A DNA stretch of 27,206 bases. It comes from a virus. Its lineage: Duplodnaviria; Heunggongvirae; Uroviricota; Caudoviricetes. The position numbers and the translations under genes were made by a program. Shown piece after piece: positions 17,967 through 26,999 of this stretch. The stretch spans positions 1 to 27,206 of the IMG/VR virus record IMGVR_UViG_2563366822_000012; one strand, written 5' to 3'. Positions within the stretch are counted from its first letter, which is position 1. Every line of letters begins with the position of its first letter. The notes below the pieces were generated by a model. The model searched no databases. It saw only the letters and a program-made list of their open reading frames with translations, and had not been told where the DNA came from.

Positions 17967-18518
17967 CTAGGTACGGGAGAGTCCGACATCACGCAGGACT
18001 CTTTCGATTTTTTTCTGTTCGGGGATTTCCCCGCGGGCCAGTGCGTTCTTGACGTCGCTGATCCGCGCCTCGTCGTTAGACGGGAACGTCACCAGGCTGA
18101 CTTCCCAGAGGTCGATTTCTTTCAGCAGAAAGGCTTCTTTGCTCCGGTCGTATTCCCAGTCTTTCAGGACGTACCCAATAGAAAGGCCGGTTAACGAACC
18201 GGCCTTCATGTGTGCATGTGCGCGTTTTGCGAGGGGATCATCATCAATAAGCAACCGTCCCCTGACGTAAAGCCCGACATCGTCTTCCTTCATTTCGGTG
18301 TAAACACCGATGGGTTCATCCATGCGGTGCTGCCAGAGCAGCGCAGGTAACGCTTTTCTGTCACTCCACGCCCGCAGGGAAGCAGCAAATGCCCCGGACA
18401 TCACCACATCATCGTGGCTGTCCTTTACACCAAAGACGGAGCCATACCCTTCAAACTCACCGGAGTCACTGACAGATTTCAGACTCAGCGGTACATCAAG
18501 ACGTTGTTTCGTCTGCAT
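17967..18518 (-). CDS. Prohead protease, HK97 family; apparently C-terminally truncated by an in-frame TAG
   Basis: ORF track gives 17967..18554; ATG 18518 has an AAGGA Shine-Dalgarno and is the more plausible start. The frame ends at TAG (17969-17967) but continues open for 28 more codons (AKAFMAGGYGALSLRDAEDVGSALNALKNLNF) to a TAA at 17870-17868, just before the capsid RBS. Confidence 0.85.
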   Translation of the reverse strand: MQTKQRLDVPLSLKSVSDSGEFEGYGSVFGVKDSHDDVVMSGAFAASLRAWSDRKALPALLWQHRMDEPIGVYTEMKEDDVGLYVRGRLLIDDDPLAKRAHAHMKAGSLTGLSIGYVLKDWEYDRSKEAFLLKEIDLWEVSLVTFPSNDEARISDVKNALARGEIPEQKKIERVLRDVGLSRT

Positions 18519-19737
18519 TGGCGTTATCCTTCTGCTTACCGGCCTTACTGCCATCGGAGGGTTTCGTGGTCATGTTCATCGGTGTGAGATAGACATCACC
18601 ACCGGGTCGTGGATTCATATCTTCCAGGTCGCGGCAGTCATTGGGAGAGTAAATTCCCCAGTTGATCCCGGTGGCGTAGGCTTCAAAACGGGACTTCATA
18701 TCCCCGCGCAGTAACGCCCCGGCGTTAAATTTGGCGTAATAAACGCCCTGCTTACTTTTTCGTACCAGTCCGGTGTTGATCCGCTGTTCGATGCGGGTCA
18801 GATACGGCACCAGTGAATAGTTGATAAATCCCAGCCCCAGCTCTTCGATATTGTTGAAGGTGGCGCGATCGGTGTTCTGCACCATGTGCAACGGCACCCG
18901 GAACAGACGACAGATTTCTTCAAGCTGAAACTTGCGGGTTTCCAGGAACTGACTGTCCTCGGCGTTCAGCGCCATCGACTTCCAGTCCAGCCCCATCTCA
19001 AGGATCATCGGGCGGTGAGCATTGCCAAGCCCGGTGTGACGCTCCTCAAAATCTTTCTTCAGGCGCTCATAAGCCTGATCTGACAGCGTCTGCTCTGTAC
19101 GCAACACACCGGACGTCACCGCACCATTGCTGAACAGTCTGGCCCCGTGCTCTTCGGTCGCTGCCGCCAGCGATATTGCCTCGCGGGCATAGGCGATGGG
19201 ATTCAGCCCCACCAGTCCGTCCAGCGTCAGCGTGCGCACATGCCAGATATCCTCCTGGCTCAGTACATCCGTGGAGCCGTCCGGGAATGTGACCTGATAG
19301 ACCGGCTCCCAGCTACTGTTAAGCTTCGGTACCACACAGCCGGGATCGACGGGCAGCAGTTCAGCCACTTCGCCAAATGCTTTCACTTTGTAGGCGTAAA
19401 AGTTTCCCCGCAGGCACAGACAGGTGACCACCAGCTCCCAGAACTCCTGCGGCGTCATATAGCCATTGGGATGCGTGGAGATCAGCTTATGCAGACGCTC
19501 GCCGGTTGCTCTCTGTTTCAGGCTGCCGTTCAGGTGATACAGATTGCAGGGCAACATCCCGACCGACTCTGCCAGCACCCTGACGCAGGAAAAAACCGCC
19601 GTCAGTCGCATGGCCCGCTGGCTGCTGATCTGCTTTCCGGTATAGGTGTCGTAGGACAACCCGATAGCATCCGCCAGCTCTGCTGGCGTGGTCACCGGTG
19701 CGTCACTTTTTCGTTGAAATAATCCCGAAAAGAACAC
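18496..19737 (-). CDS. Portal protein, HK97 family
   Basis: 413-aa ORF between terminase and protease; GTG start overlapping the stop of the upstream small ORF (TAGTG). Confidence 0.9.
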   Translation of the reverse strand: MFFSGLFQRKSDAPVTTPAELADAIGLSYDTYTGKQISSQRAMRLTAVFSCVRVLAESVGMLPCNLYHLNGSLKQRATGERLHKLISTHPNGYMTPQEFWELVVTCLCLRGNFYAYKVKAFGEVAELLPVDPGCVVPKLNSSWEPVYQVTFPDGSTDVLSQEDIWHVRTLTLDGLVGLNPIAYAREAISLAAATEEHGARLFSNGAVTSGVLRTEQTLSDQAYERLKKDFEERHTGLGNAHRPMILEMGLDWKSMALNAEDSQFLETRKFQLEEICRLFRVPLHMVQNTDRATFNNIEELGLGFINYSLVPYLTRIEQRINTGLVRKSKQGVYYAKFNAGALLRGDMKSRFEAYATGINWGIYSPNDCRDLEDMNPRPGGDVYLTPMNMTTKPSDGSKAGKQKDNANADETTS

Positions 19738-19919
19738 TATTTACCTCCGCCGACAGACGACTGTGTACGGTCGAGATATCGCGCCACCAGCCACGACCAG
19801 AGCAGGCACAACGCCCCGGCAACAACAAACCCCGCCGGGGGATAAATCAGCCAGGCACCATACGCCAGCAAAAGCGCCCCCAGCACGCCCACCAGAGGCG
19901 CGAGAATCAGCATGATCAT
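19737..19919 (-). CDS. Small hydrophobic (predicted two-helix membrane) protein, 60 aa, between large terminase and portal
   Basis: ATG 19919 with GAGG about 9 nt upstream, 11 nt after the terminase stop; [49 protein letters not shown]… is almost entirely hydrophobic with a basic C-terminal tail. Confidence 0.55.
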   Translation of the reverse strand: MIMLILAPLVGVLGALLLAYGAWLIYPPAGFVVAGALCLLWSWLVARYLDRTQSSVGGGK

Positions 19920-19930
19920 AATTACCTCAG

Positions 19931-21664
19931 TTAAAGCGAGCGGATCCCATAGGACTCAATGTGGTCGGACAGCGTGTCTTCTTTCTCATACAGCATGGCT
20001 CTGCCAACCGCCATAATCAGCGCAACTGCACCATCGATTTTGTTTTCCGCCTGCTCTTTGACGGGCTTCACCACATCATCGTTACCCGGAATGGTTTTGC
20101 CGACCACGTTGCCGATACACCAGGTCATGATGGGATTGCCATCATGATGAAAGCGCCCCGATTCAATTGCCGCTTCCAGCTCTTTCATCGGGTCGGACAT
20201 GTTGGTGTAGTTCTGAATGATAGTGATGGGGTTCAGGTCTTCATCAGCAAGGTCATGTGACAACCCGGTCGCCCCGAAGGGGTCGATGGGTGACTCACTG
20301 ACCGGGCTGATTTTGTTCGCCGCTTTGGCCTCCTCGAGGATGTAGCGATAATCCACCTCCGCACCATCGGTAACGGTCAAGACGCCCATTTCCACCCATT
20401 TCTGAAAGCGTTCGGCTGTCCGTCGATCTTCATTTTTCTCGACGCTGTACACCGTGTCATACGGTACCCAGAAACGCGGGGCCACACTGTAGTAATGCGT
20501 TTTACCGTCAATCTCGCGGGTATAAAGTCGCGCCATGCTGTTCATATCCAGCTTACGCGCCAGGTCAAAGGCCAGAATGCACGGCTGCCCCTCGAACTGC
20601 TCAAGGGTCAGTGATTTCTCCTCGCAGCTCTGCCAGCTCACCAGGTTGAAATACGCCGAACGCGCCGACACCCAGATATTGAGGTGTTTTGTTTTAAAGA
20701 CGTTTGCCAGACGGGCGTTATTTTTCGCACGCTGCTGCTGACTTAACAAAAATTCGCGATAAACCGACACGCCAATATTTGGATTGGCTTTTTCCAGCAC
20801 CTGCGGGTCGGTCCAGTCGTCACCTTCATCAACGGTATAGATGATCCCGAACAGTTCATCGTTGGGTACCGAACCGTTGAGCATCTCGATAACTTCCCGC
20901 CGCTTGTCGTAGCACGGCCCCTCAATGTTGTACCCGGCGGTGGTGATGGCCCACATCAGTGGCTGACGTCGCGCCCCCATCCCGGTAAGCATCGTGGTAT
21001 AAAGCGCATCGGTGGCGTGCTCGTGATATTCATCCACCACCGCACAGTGGGGTGATGAACCATCACCAGGGTTACCGATCAGCGGTTCAAACCGCGCGCC
21101 ATCCTCCGGACGGTTCATGTTTGAGGCGTTAACCTCAATCCCGAACGCTTCCGTCAGCATGGGTGTGCGTTTACACATCAGTCGCGCCGGGCGAAAGACT
21201 TCCCATGCCTGTTTCTCCGTCGTGGCACCGGAATACACTTCCGCGCCGAACTCGTTATCACAGGCAAAACAATACAGGGCAACACCGGCAGAGATTGCCG
21301 ATTTGCCGTTCTTACGGGGAATTTCGGTATACACCTCACGGAAGCGGCGCAGCCGGGAGCCTTTATTGACCCAGCCAAACGCGCAGCAGATCACAAAGAG
21401 CTGCCACGGCTCCAGCGTGATGGGCATCCGTTTAAATGCCCACTCACCCTTGGTGTGCGGCAACAGCTGAATAAATTTGGCGGCCCGTTCAGCCAGCTCC
21501 TTGTCGAAGCGGTAACGAAACGACTTACTTTTTTCCGCCATCAGGTCATCAAGATGGCGCTGGCAGGCCTGAATCACAAACTGGCAGGCCACAATCTTTC
21601 CGCGCACGACATCCCGGGCATACTGATTGGCAGCATTTACGTTGGGGTAAGATTTCCGGCTCAT
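19931..21664 (-). CDS. Terminase large subunit
   Basis: 577-aa ORF in canonical position after the small terminase and before the portal; ATG 21664. Confidence 0.92.
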   Translation of the reverse strand: MSRKSYPNVNAANQYARDVVRGKIVACQFVIQACQRHLDDLMAEKSKSFRYRFDKELAERAAKFIQLLPHTKGEWAFKRMPITLEPWQLFVICCAFGWVNKGSRLRRFREVYTEIPRKNGKSAISAGVALYCFACDNEFGAEVYSGATTEKQAWEVFRPARLMCKRTPMLTEAFGIEVNASNMNRPEDGARFEPLIGNPGDGSSPHCAVVDEYHEHATDALYTTMLTGMGARRQPLMWAITTAGYNIEGPCYDKRREVIEMLNGSVPNDELFGIIYTVDEGDDWTDPQVLEKANPNIGVSVYREFLLSQQQRAKNNARLANVFKTKHLNIWVSARSAYFNLVSWQSCEEKSLTLEQFEGQPCILAFDLARKLDMNSMARLYTREIDGKTHYYSVAPRFWVPYDTVYSVEKNEDRRTAERFQKWVEMGVLTVTDGAEVDYRYILEEAKAANKISPVSESPIDPFGATGLSHDLADEDLNPITIIQNYTNMSDPMKELEAAIESGRFHHDGNPIMTWCIGNVVGKTIPGNDDVVKPVKEQAENKIDGAVALIMAVGRAMLYEKEDTLSDHIESYGIRSL

Positions 21665-21677
21665 GATTCGATGATTT

Positions 21678-22163
21678 TCAGATTGTCAGAAACGGGTTAG
21701 TGGCTTTCTTCTTCCCCGCCAGGCCAATCAGACGCTGGCGGCTGCTGGGGTCGAGTCCGAGCATTGCCCCCGTGCTGCTCATCTCGGACTCCTGTTCTTT
21801 TTTGGCGGTCAGCTCCGGATTTTTGACCATGCCACCCATTGCACCGGTGATGGTGTTACCCTGTCTGGCAATATTTTTCACGGCACGTCGCCAGAACTCA
21901 TAGGCCACACACCACCGCTCAAGTACCGCCAGGTCAGTCACGCACAGCAGGCCCTGACCGCAGAGTTCTTTGGTTGTCAGTTGCCACATGATCGTGGCGA
22001 GAGGGAGATCTTCTTCAGCGAACCACTCCGGTGGCTCAACACCTTTGATGGGCGTAAAAACAGGTTCATCTTTATTCAGGGCTCGCTTGCCGGGGTTTCC
22101 GGCCAGCGCCTTGCGCGCCGTTGGCTTGGGGCGACGCCCGGAACGCCCCGCCGTTCCAGCCAT
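21678..22163 (-). CDS. Terminase small subunit (P27 family)
   Basis: ORF track starts at GTG 22172; ATG 22163 has a GGAG Shine-Dalgarno and gives [34 protein letters not shown]…, the typical basic N-terminus of P27-family small terminases. Confidence 0.8.
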   Translation of the reverse strand: MAGTAGRSGRRPKPTARKALAGNPGKRALNKDEPVFTPIKGVEPPEWFAEEDLPLATIMWQLTTKELCGQGLLCVTDLAVLERWCVAYEFWRRAVKNIARQGNTITGAMGGMVKNPELTAKKEQESEMSSTGAMLGLDPSSRQRLIGLAGKKKATNPFLTI

Positions 22164-22203
22164 ATGCGGCACTCCTGGTTAAATTTCATTTTTCGCGGGT
22201 ATA

Positions 22204-22252
22204 AAAAAACGATGGGGCGGGCAGTCCGGAAGACGTCAGGCTGCAGGGATTT
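22204..22252. other. GC-rich inverted repeat (GGGGCGGGC … GCCCGCCCC) between the HNH and small terminase genes; candidate cos / packaging-site element
   Basis: 8-9 bp GC stems flanking a ~32-nt spacer that itself contains GACGTC and CTGCAG palindromes. In HK97-like phages cos lies between the HNH gene and the small terminase gene. Functional assignment is inference. Confidence 0.3.
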
Positions 22253-22288
22253 GACCCGCCCCTCCCCTCATGCAGTTGAGAATTATTA

Positions 22289-22639
22289 TCACTTTAGCCG
22301 TTCACGGGCCGTCTTCGCCTTATGGCACGGCCAGCACAGGCTCTGCAGATTACTGTCTGCATCGGTGCCGCCATGCGCTTTAGGGATGATGTGGTCAACG
22401 GTTTTAGCTTCACGCACCACACCGGCACGCAGACATAACTGACACAGGCCGTTGTCACGTTTCAGCACACGCGCACGGATAACGTCCCACTTCGAACCGT
22501 AGCCGCGCTGATGACGGGATTGTCCTGGCTTGTATTGCTTCCAGCCTTCGCTTTTGTGGCTTTCGCAGTAGCCTGACGGGTCTGTCGTGGTATTACGGCA
22601 ACCTCGAGCACGGCAGGCTTTTGGGATTCGTGGCGGCAT
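22289..22639 (-). CDS. HNH endonuclease (terminase-associated, HK97 gp74-like)
   Basis: 116-aa ORF with Cys-x2-Cys pairs and …DHIIPKAHGGTDADSNLQSLCWPCH…; located immediately upstream of the small terminase gene. Confidence 0.85.
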   Translation of the reverse strand: MPPRIPKACRARGCRNTTTDPSGYCESHKSEGWKQYKPGQSRHQRGYGSKWDVIRARVLKRDNGLCQLCLRAGVVREAKTVDHIIPKAHGGTDADSNLQSLCWPCHKAKTARERLK

Positions 22640-23051
22640 ATGTACTAATCTCCGATTTATCCAAATTTCACTGCCATAATGCCGACATTCTCTGCCATTG
22701 TTGGCTCCGTTTATCCGTTAAAAGGGATATCAGTTAAGTTATCCCGTGCAGGGTATAAGCCATTGTCGAGACCACTCATTGAATGGTCTCTGCAATAACC
22801 GATGTCTTTCCATCAGTCCGCCCCACAAAGAATCTTTTTTGCCATAAGGCAGGAGGTTCATCTTTCAGTGGCTGCCAGTGTTATTTCCCCACTTACTGGC
22901 TTGGGTTGTTTCGTGGTACTGCCGTTAACTGGTGGCGCACAGATTTAGTTAAATCCGTTCTCGCATGATCCAGCTTTTACATACCTGGATTGTGAGGGAT
23001 GTAAATCACGGTTTCATTATCAAGCCCACCAGTAGATGGGCTTTGGAATGG

Positions 23052-23570
23052 TCACTTTGGCAGTCCGGGGATCGATATTTGCGCCTGCTGCTCAAGCCTT
23101 TCGATTCTTGCTATGAGTTGCGGTTTTTTGATCCTGCCCCAGCGGTTCAGCAAGCGTCCTGACATACTGGCAACATCCTTTTCCTTCATGAACTCCAGCA
23201 TTAACTCGTTGTGCTCTCTTTGGTATGAGTGAGCCAACTCCATCAGCCTGTCACGCATCCAATTAAATGCTTTGATAAACGCCTCTTTGATGGCGGCAGC
23301 TTTTTTGCCGGTAAACGACATGATGATGTACATCGCGCCGTCTTTGGAAATTTCATATTCAACATACTGATTACCCTTGTGTTCATAGGTAACCCGCGAA
23401 AAGTTGCTGGTTAGAAATTCATCCGAACAGTCTAGCTTTTCGATTTTCTGAATGATGTGGTGATGCTGCTTGTCGAAGTAAGCTGCTACCTTGCGGGAGG
23501 TTGTGATCACGCGATCACCAGAAACAACCACCATGTCCCGGAAATCGAGATTAGCCAATTGATGATTCAT
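23052..23570 (-). CDS. Rha-family phage regulatory protein
   Basis: ORF track gives 23052..23783; the internal ATG at 23570 (MNHQLANLDFRDMVVVSGDRVITTSRKVAAYFDKQHHHIIQKIEKL…) matches the usual Rha N-terminus. The upstream 71 codons overlap a structured intergenic region and are probably not translated. Confidence 0.75.
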   Translation of the reverse strand: MNHQLANLDFRDMVVVSGDRVITTSRKVAAYFDKQHHHIIQKIEKLDCSDEFLTSNFSRVTYEHKGNQYVEYEISKDGAMYIIMSFTGKKAAAIKEAFIKAFNWMRDRLMELAHSYQREHNELMLEFMKEKDVASMSGRLLNRWGRIKKPQLIARIERLEQQAQISIPGLPK

Positions 23571-23710
23571 AGCGTCTTTACCTTTTAGAAAGTGAGCCTG
23601 TCTCACAGAAAAGCCGCCCGAGAGAGGTCGCCACCTATAACGGCTTTTCTCAGGCTCGCTTACTGAAAGGCTCTCGTTAATATGCGCGTGAGATGCGCTG
23701 TGAAATTCAG

Positions 23711-23737
23711 ATATAAAAAAGCCCCGCACCGCGAGGC
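23711..23737 (-). terminator. Putative intrinsic terminator downstream of the lysis cassette
   Basis: Minus-strand GCCTCGCGGTGCGGGGC (imperfect hairpin) followed by TTTTTTAT, about 35 nt after the Rz stop. Confidence 0.4.
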
Positions 23738-23770
23738 TCATTAAATTGACTTTGTGATTTGCAAAAAAAT

Positions 23771-24232
23771 TTATTTCAGGCATTGCGTCCTGATGTATTC
23801 CTGCAGGTAGTTAACCTGCGCGGTTATCCTGTCGATTCCGCTTCGTAGACGGTAATAATTGAGTTCAGCATCTGCTGTAAGTCTTGGGCTTTCTCCATCG
23901 CCCATGCTGCTGGCTCCGGTCGTTGACTTTGCACAGGTGGCGGCGACTTGCAGGCGCTTACGCCCAGCAGAAACATCAGCACGGAGACTTTCGATAGTCG
24001 CGTTAGCATCAGCAAGCTCCTTTGTATATCTGGCATCGAGTTCTGCTACGTCACGTTGACGCTTCTGCATATCAGAGATCGTCGCCATAGCCGAATCTAA
24101 TGCCATAGCGTTTTCGTCGCGCTGTTTTTTGTATTCAATGGCTTTATTGTGGTAATGATTAGCTGACCAGACGAGAGAACCGAATAAAGTCAGGAGAAAA
24201 GCAGAAATAACCAGCTTATAGCGAAGTTTCAT
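23771..24232 (-). CDS. Rz: Rz i-spanin (inner-membrane spanin subunit)
   Basis: ORF track starts at TTG 24265; ATG 24232 gives [27 protein letters not shown]…, an N-terminal membrane anchor followed by a coiled-coil region, laid out like lambda Rz; follows R. Confidence 0.85.
   Translation of the reverse strand: MKLRYKLVISAFLLTLFGSLVWSANHYHNKAIEYKKQRDENAMALDSAMATISDMQKRQRDVAELDARYTKELADANATIESLRADVSAGRKRLQVAATCAKSTTGASSMGDGESPRLTADAELNYYRLRSGIDRITAQVNYLQEYIRTQCLK
23824..24009 (-). CDS. Rz1: Rz1 o-spanin lipoprotein, embedded in the +1 frame of Rz
   Basis: ATG 24009 gives MLTRLSKVSVLMFLLGVSAC-KSPPPVQSQRPEPAAW…: signal peptide with lipobox-like LGVSAC, then a proline-rich mature region. Entirely nested within Rz, as in lambda. 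Confidence 0.65.
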   Translation of the reverse strand: MLTRLSKVSVLMFLLGVSACKSPPPVQSQRPEPAAWAMEKAQDLQQMLNSIITVYEAESTG

Positions 24233-24692
24233 TAACCACCCCGCCAGCTTCTTTGAATTTGGCAATCAGACTATCGATCTTGTGTTCATACTGACCGTAG
24301 CCAGCACCGGGCAATGAAGCCCAAATATTGCTGCAACGATCAATAGCCTGACGAATATCACCGCGATCAATCATCGGCAAAGCGCCACGTTCCTTAATCT
24401 GCTGCAGCGCAACAGCGTCCTGGCTTTTGGGAGAGAAGTCTTTCAGGCCAAGCTGCTTACGATAGGCATCCCACCAACGGGAAAGAAGCTGATAGCGACC
24501 GGCTGCTGTTGATTTGAGTTTGGGGTTTAGCGTGACAAGTTTGCGAGGGTGATCGGAGTAATCAGTGAATAGTTCTCCTCCTACAATGACGTCATAACCA
24601 TGATTTCTGGTTTTCTGCCGTCCGTTATCAGTTCCCTCTGACCATGCCAGCATATCGAGGAACGCCTTACGTTGATTATTGATTTCCACCAT
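24216..24692 (-). CDS. R: Endolysin, lambda R-type lytic transglycosylase
   Basis: 158-aa ORF; [39 protein letters not shown]… is near-identical to my memory of lambda R over most of its length. Confidence 0.93.
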   Translation of the reverse strand: MVEINNQRKAFLDMLAWSEGTDNGRQKTRNHGYDVIVGGELFTDYSDHPRKLVTLNPKLKSTAAGRYQLLSRWWDAYRKQLGLKDFSPKSQDAVALQQIKERGALPMIDRGDIRQAIDRCSNIWASLPGAGYGQYEHKIDSLIAKFKEAGGVVNETSL

Positions 24693-24999
24693 CTTCTACT
24701 CCGGCTTTTTTAGCAGCGAAGCGTTTGATAAGCGAACCAATCGAGTCAGTACCGATGTAGCCGATGAACACGCTCGTTATATAAGCGAGATTGCTACTTA
24801 GTCCGGCGAGGTCGAGAAGATCACGAATGAACCAGGCGATAATGGCGCACATCGTTGCGTCGATTACTGTTTTTGTAAACGCACCGCCATTATATCTGCC
24901 GCGAAGGTACGCCATTGCAAACGCAAGGATTGCCCCGATGCCTTGTTCCTTTGCCGCGAGAATGGCGGCTAACAGGTCATTTTTTTCTGGCATCTTCAT
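24676..24999 (-). CDS. S: Holin/antiholin, lambda S-type class I holin with dual start motif
   Basis: 107-aa ORF beginning MKMPEK… (Met1 and Met3 give the S107/S105 pair as in lambda); near-identical to lambda S from memory; ATGA overlap with R. Confidence 0.93.
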   Translation of the reverse strand: MKMPEKNDLLAAILAAKEQGIGAILAFAMAYLRGRYNGGAFTKTVIDATMCAIIAWFIRDLLDLAGLSSNLAYITSVFIGYIGTDSIGSLIKRFAAKKAGVEDGGNQ

Positions 25000-25395
25000 G
25001 TCTTACCCCCAATAAGGGGATTTGCTCTATTTAATTAGGAATAAGGTCGATTACTGATAGAACAAATCCAGGCTACTGTGTTTAGTAATCAGATTTGTTC
25101 GTGACCGATATGCACGGGCAAAACGGCAGGAGGTTGTTAGCGCGACCTCCTGCCACCCGCTTTCACGAAGGTCATGTGTAGAAGGCCGCAGCATAACTAT
25201 CACTGATGAATTCAGGATAGCCAGTGGCTACGGCTCAGTTTGGGTTGTGCTGTTGCTGGGCGGCGATGACGCCTGTACGCATTTGGTGATCCGGTTCTGC
25301 TTCCGGCATTCGCTTAATTCAGCACAACGGAAAGAGCACTCGGTGCATTTAAGACAAGCTCCATAAGGGAGAATGCTCTTACCTGTTACACAGAT

Positions 25396-25453
25396 ATAAA
25401 AAATCCCGAAACCGTTATGCAGGCTCTAACTATTACCTGCGAACTGTTTCGGG
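25396..25453 (-). terminator. tR'-like intrinsic terminator ending the short PR' transcript (6S RNA-like)
   Basis: Minus-strand CCCGAAAC…(GCAGG…CCTGC)…GTTTCGGG extended hairpin followed by ATTTTTTAT; matches the lambda tR' region from memory. Confidence 0.6.
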
Positions 25454-25559
25454 ATTGCATTTTACAGACCTCTCAGCCTGCGATGGTTGGAGTTCCAGAC
25501 GATACGTCGAAGTGACCAACTAGGCGGAATCGGTAGTAAGCGCCGCCTCTTTTCATCTC

Positions 25560-25625
25560 ACTACCACAACGAGCGAATTAACCCATCGTTGGGTCAAATT
25601 TACCCAACTTTATTCAAAAAGTCAA
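25560..25625 (-). promoter_or_regulatory. Late promoter PR' (-35 TTGACT, -10 TAAATT, 17-bp spacer) with adjacent qut site for Q loading
   Basis: Minus-strand TTGACT (plus 25620-25625) and TAAATT (plus 25597-25602); the downstream segment TTGACCCAACGATGGGTTAATTCGCTCGTTGTGGTAG matches lambda PR'/qut from memory with one mismatch. Confidence 0.6.
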
Positions 25626-25667
25626 TATCATGCCGTTAATATGTTGCCATCCGTGGCAATCATGCTG

Positions 25668-26291
25668 CTAACGTGTGACCGCATTCAAAATGTTGTCTGC
25701 GATTGACTCTTCTTTGTGGCATTGCACCACCAGAGCGTCATACAGCGGCTTAACAGTGCGTGACCAGGTGGGTTGAGTAAGGTTTGGGATTAGCATCGTT
25801 ACAGCGCGATATGCGGCGCTTGCTGGCATTCTTGAATAGCCGACACCTTTGCATCTTCCGCATTCTTTCTCAACAACTCTCCCCCACTGCTCTGTTTTGG
25901 CAATATCAACCGCCCGACCTGTACCGTGGCAATCTCTGCATCTTGCGCCCGGAGTCGCGGCACTACGGCAATAATCAGCATAAGCGAATGTTGCGAGCAC
26001 TTGCAGTACCTTTGCCTTAGTATTTCCTTCGAGCTTTGCCACACCACGGTATTTCCCCGATACCTTGTGTGCAAATTGCATCAGATAGTTGATAGCCTTT
26101 TGTTTGTCGTTCTGGCTGAGTTCGTGCTTACCACAGAATGCAGCCATTCCGAATCCGGCTTGTGATTGCGCCATCCCCATAGCAGCCATCACATCAGTAC
26201 CGGAAAGAGAGTCAGAAGCCGTAGCCCGTGGTGAGTCGCTCATCATCGGGCTTTTTGGCGAATGAAATTTAGCTACGTTTTCGAGTCTCAT
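25668..26291 (-). CDS. Q: Late-gene antiterminator Q (lambda-type)
   Basis: 207-aa [34 protein letters not shown]… with the zinc-binding CRDCHGTGR…CGRCKG motif; near-identical to lambda Q from memory. Confidence 0.93.
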   Translation of the reverse strand: MRLENVAKFHSPKSPMMSDSPRATASDSLSGTDVMAAMGMAQSQAGFGMAAFCGKHELSQNDKQKAINYLMQFAHKVSGKYRGVAKLEGNTKAKVLQVLATFAYADYCRSAATPGARCRDCHGTGRAVDIAKTEQWGRVVEKECGRCKGVGYSRMPASAAYRAVTMLIPNLTQPTWSRTVKPLYDALVVQCHKEESIADNILNAVTR

Positions 26292-26953
26292 GCGCCTTCT
26301 CCCTGTACCTGAATCAATGTGAGATTTCCGCAGAACACTGCGCCGGTATCGATATACATCTGGTTGGCAAACTTGAGTGGTTTCACTGCTGGCGTATGAC
26401 CAAAGATGAACGCGTCCGCGCCTTTAATTTCTTTCACGATCCCGTCTTGTGAGTTGCTGATTCGTTCGCGGTTCCAGATTACCTGCTGATGATCAACTGG
26501 CTTTCCAAACTCGTATTCGTCACAAGGATAATCGGCGTGGCAGATGACATATTTTTTATCTTTGCTCACCAGTTCGATGATTAACGGAAGTTCATCTGCT
26601 TTATGGGAAAGAGCTTTAGCCAGAATTTCTTTGTCGTAATCGAGATTAAAGAACCAGCCACCGCCATTAAGTAGCCAGTGATTGACGTTTCCACGCTCTG
26701 ATAAGCCATCAATCATCATTTGCTCATGGTTTCCACGTACAGCTCTGAACCAGGGGAATGTGATTAATTCCAGGCATTCGACGTTCTCTGCACCGCGATC
26801 GACCAAATCGCCAACCGAGATAAGCAGGTCTTTTTGGGTGTCGAATCCAATCGTATCCAGTTTGTTCATCAGGTTCGTGTAACATCCGTGCAGGTCGCCA
26901 ACTACCCAAATATTTCGGTATTTGCTGCCATCAATTCTTTCGTAATAGCGCAT
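26288..26953 (-). CDS. Serine/threonine protein phosphatase (lambda-PPase / NinI-type metallophosphatase), 221 aa
   Basis: ORF track starts at GTG 27025; ATG 26953 has a GGAG Shine-Dalgarno and gives [25 protein letters not shown]…, with metallophosphatase motifs GDLHG, GDLVDRG, GNHE; ATGA overlap with Q. Confidence 0.9.
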   Translation of the reverse strand: MRYYERIDGSKYRNIWVVGDLHGCYTNLMNKLDTIGFDTQKDLLISVGDLVDRGAENVECLELITFPWFRAVRGNHEQMMIDGLSERGNVNHWLLNGGGWFFNLDYDKEILAKALSHKADELPLIIELVSKDKKYVICHADYPCDEYEFGKPVDHQQVIWNRERISNSQDGIVKEIKGADAFIFGHTPAVKPLKFANQMYIDTGAVFCGNLTLIQVQGEGA

Positions 26954-26999
26954 CTCTTTCACTCCATCCGCGATGAACCATGAGAACGTCGTTGACGAT

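Noticed and set aside
23571-23783. 71-codon N-terminal extension of Rha
   Set aside because: Overlaps a hairpin-rich intergenic region and the Rz 3' end; the Rha family N-terminus begins at the internal Met (23570).
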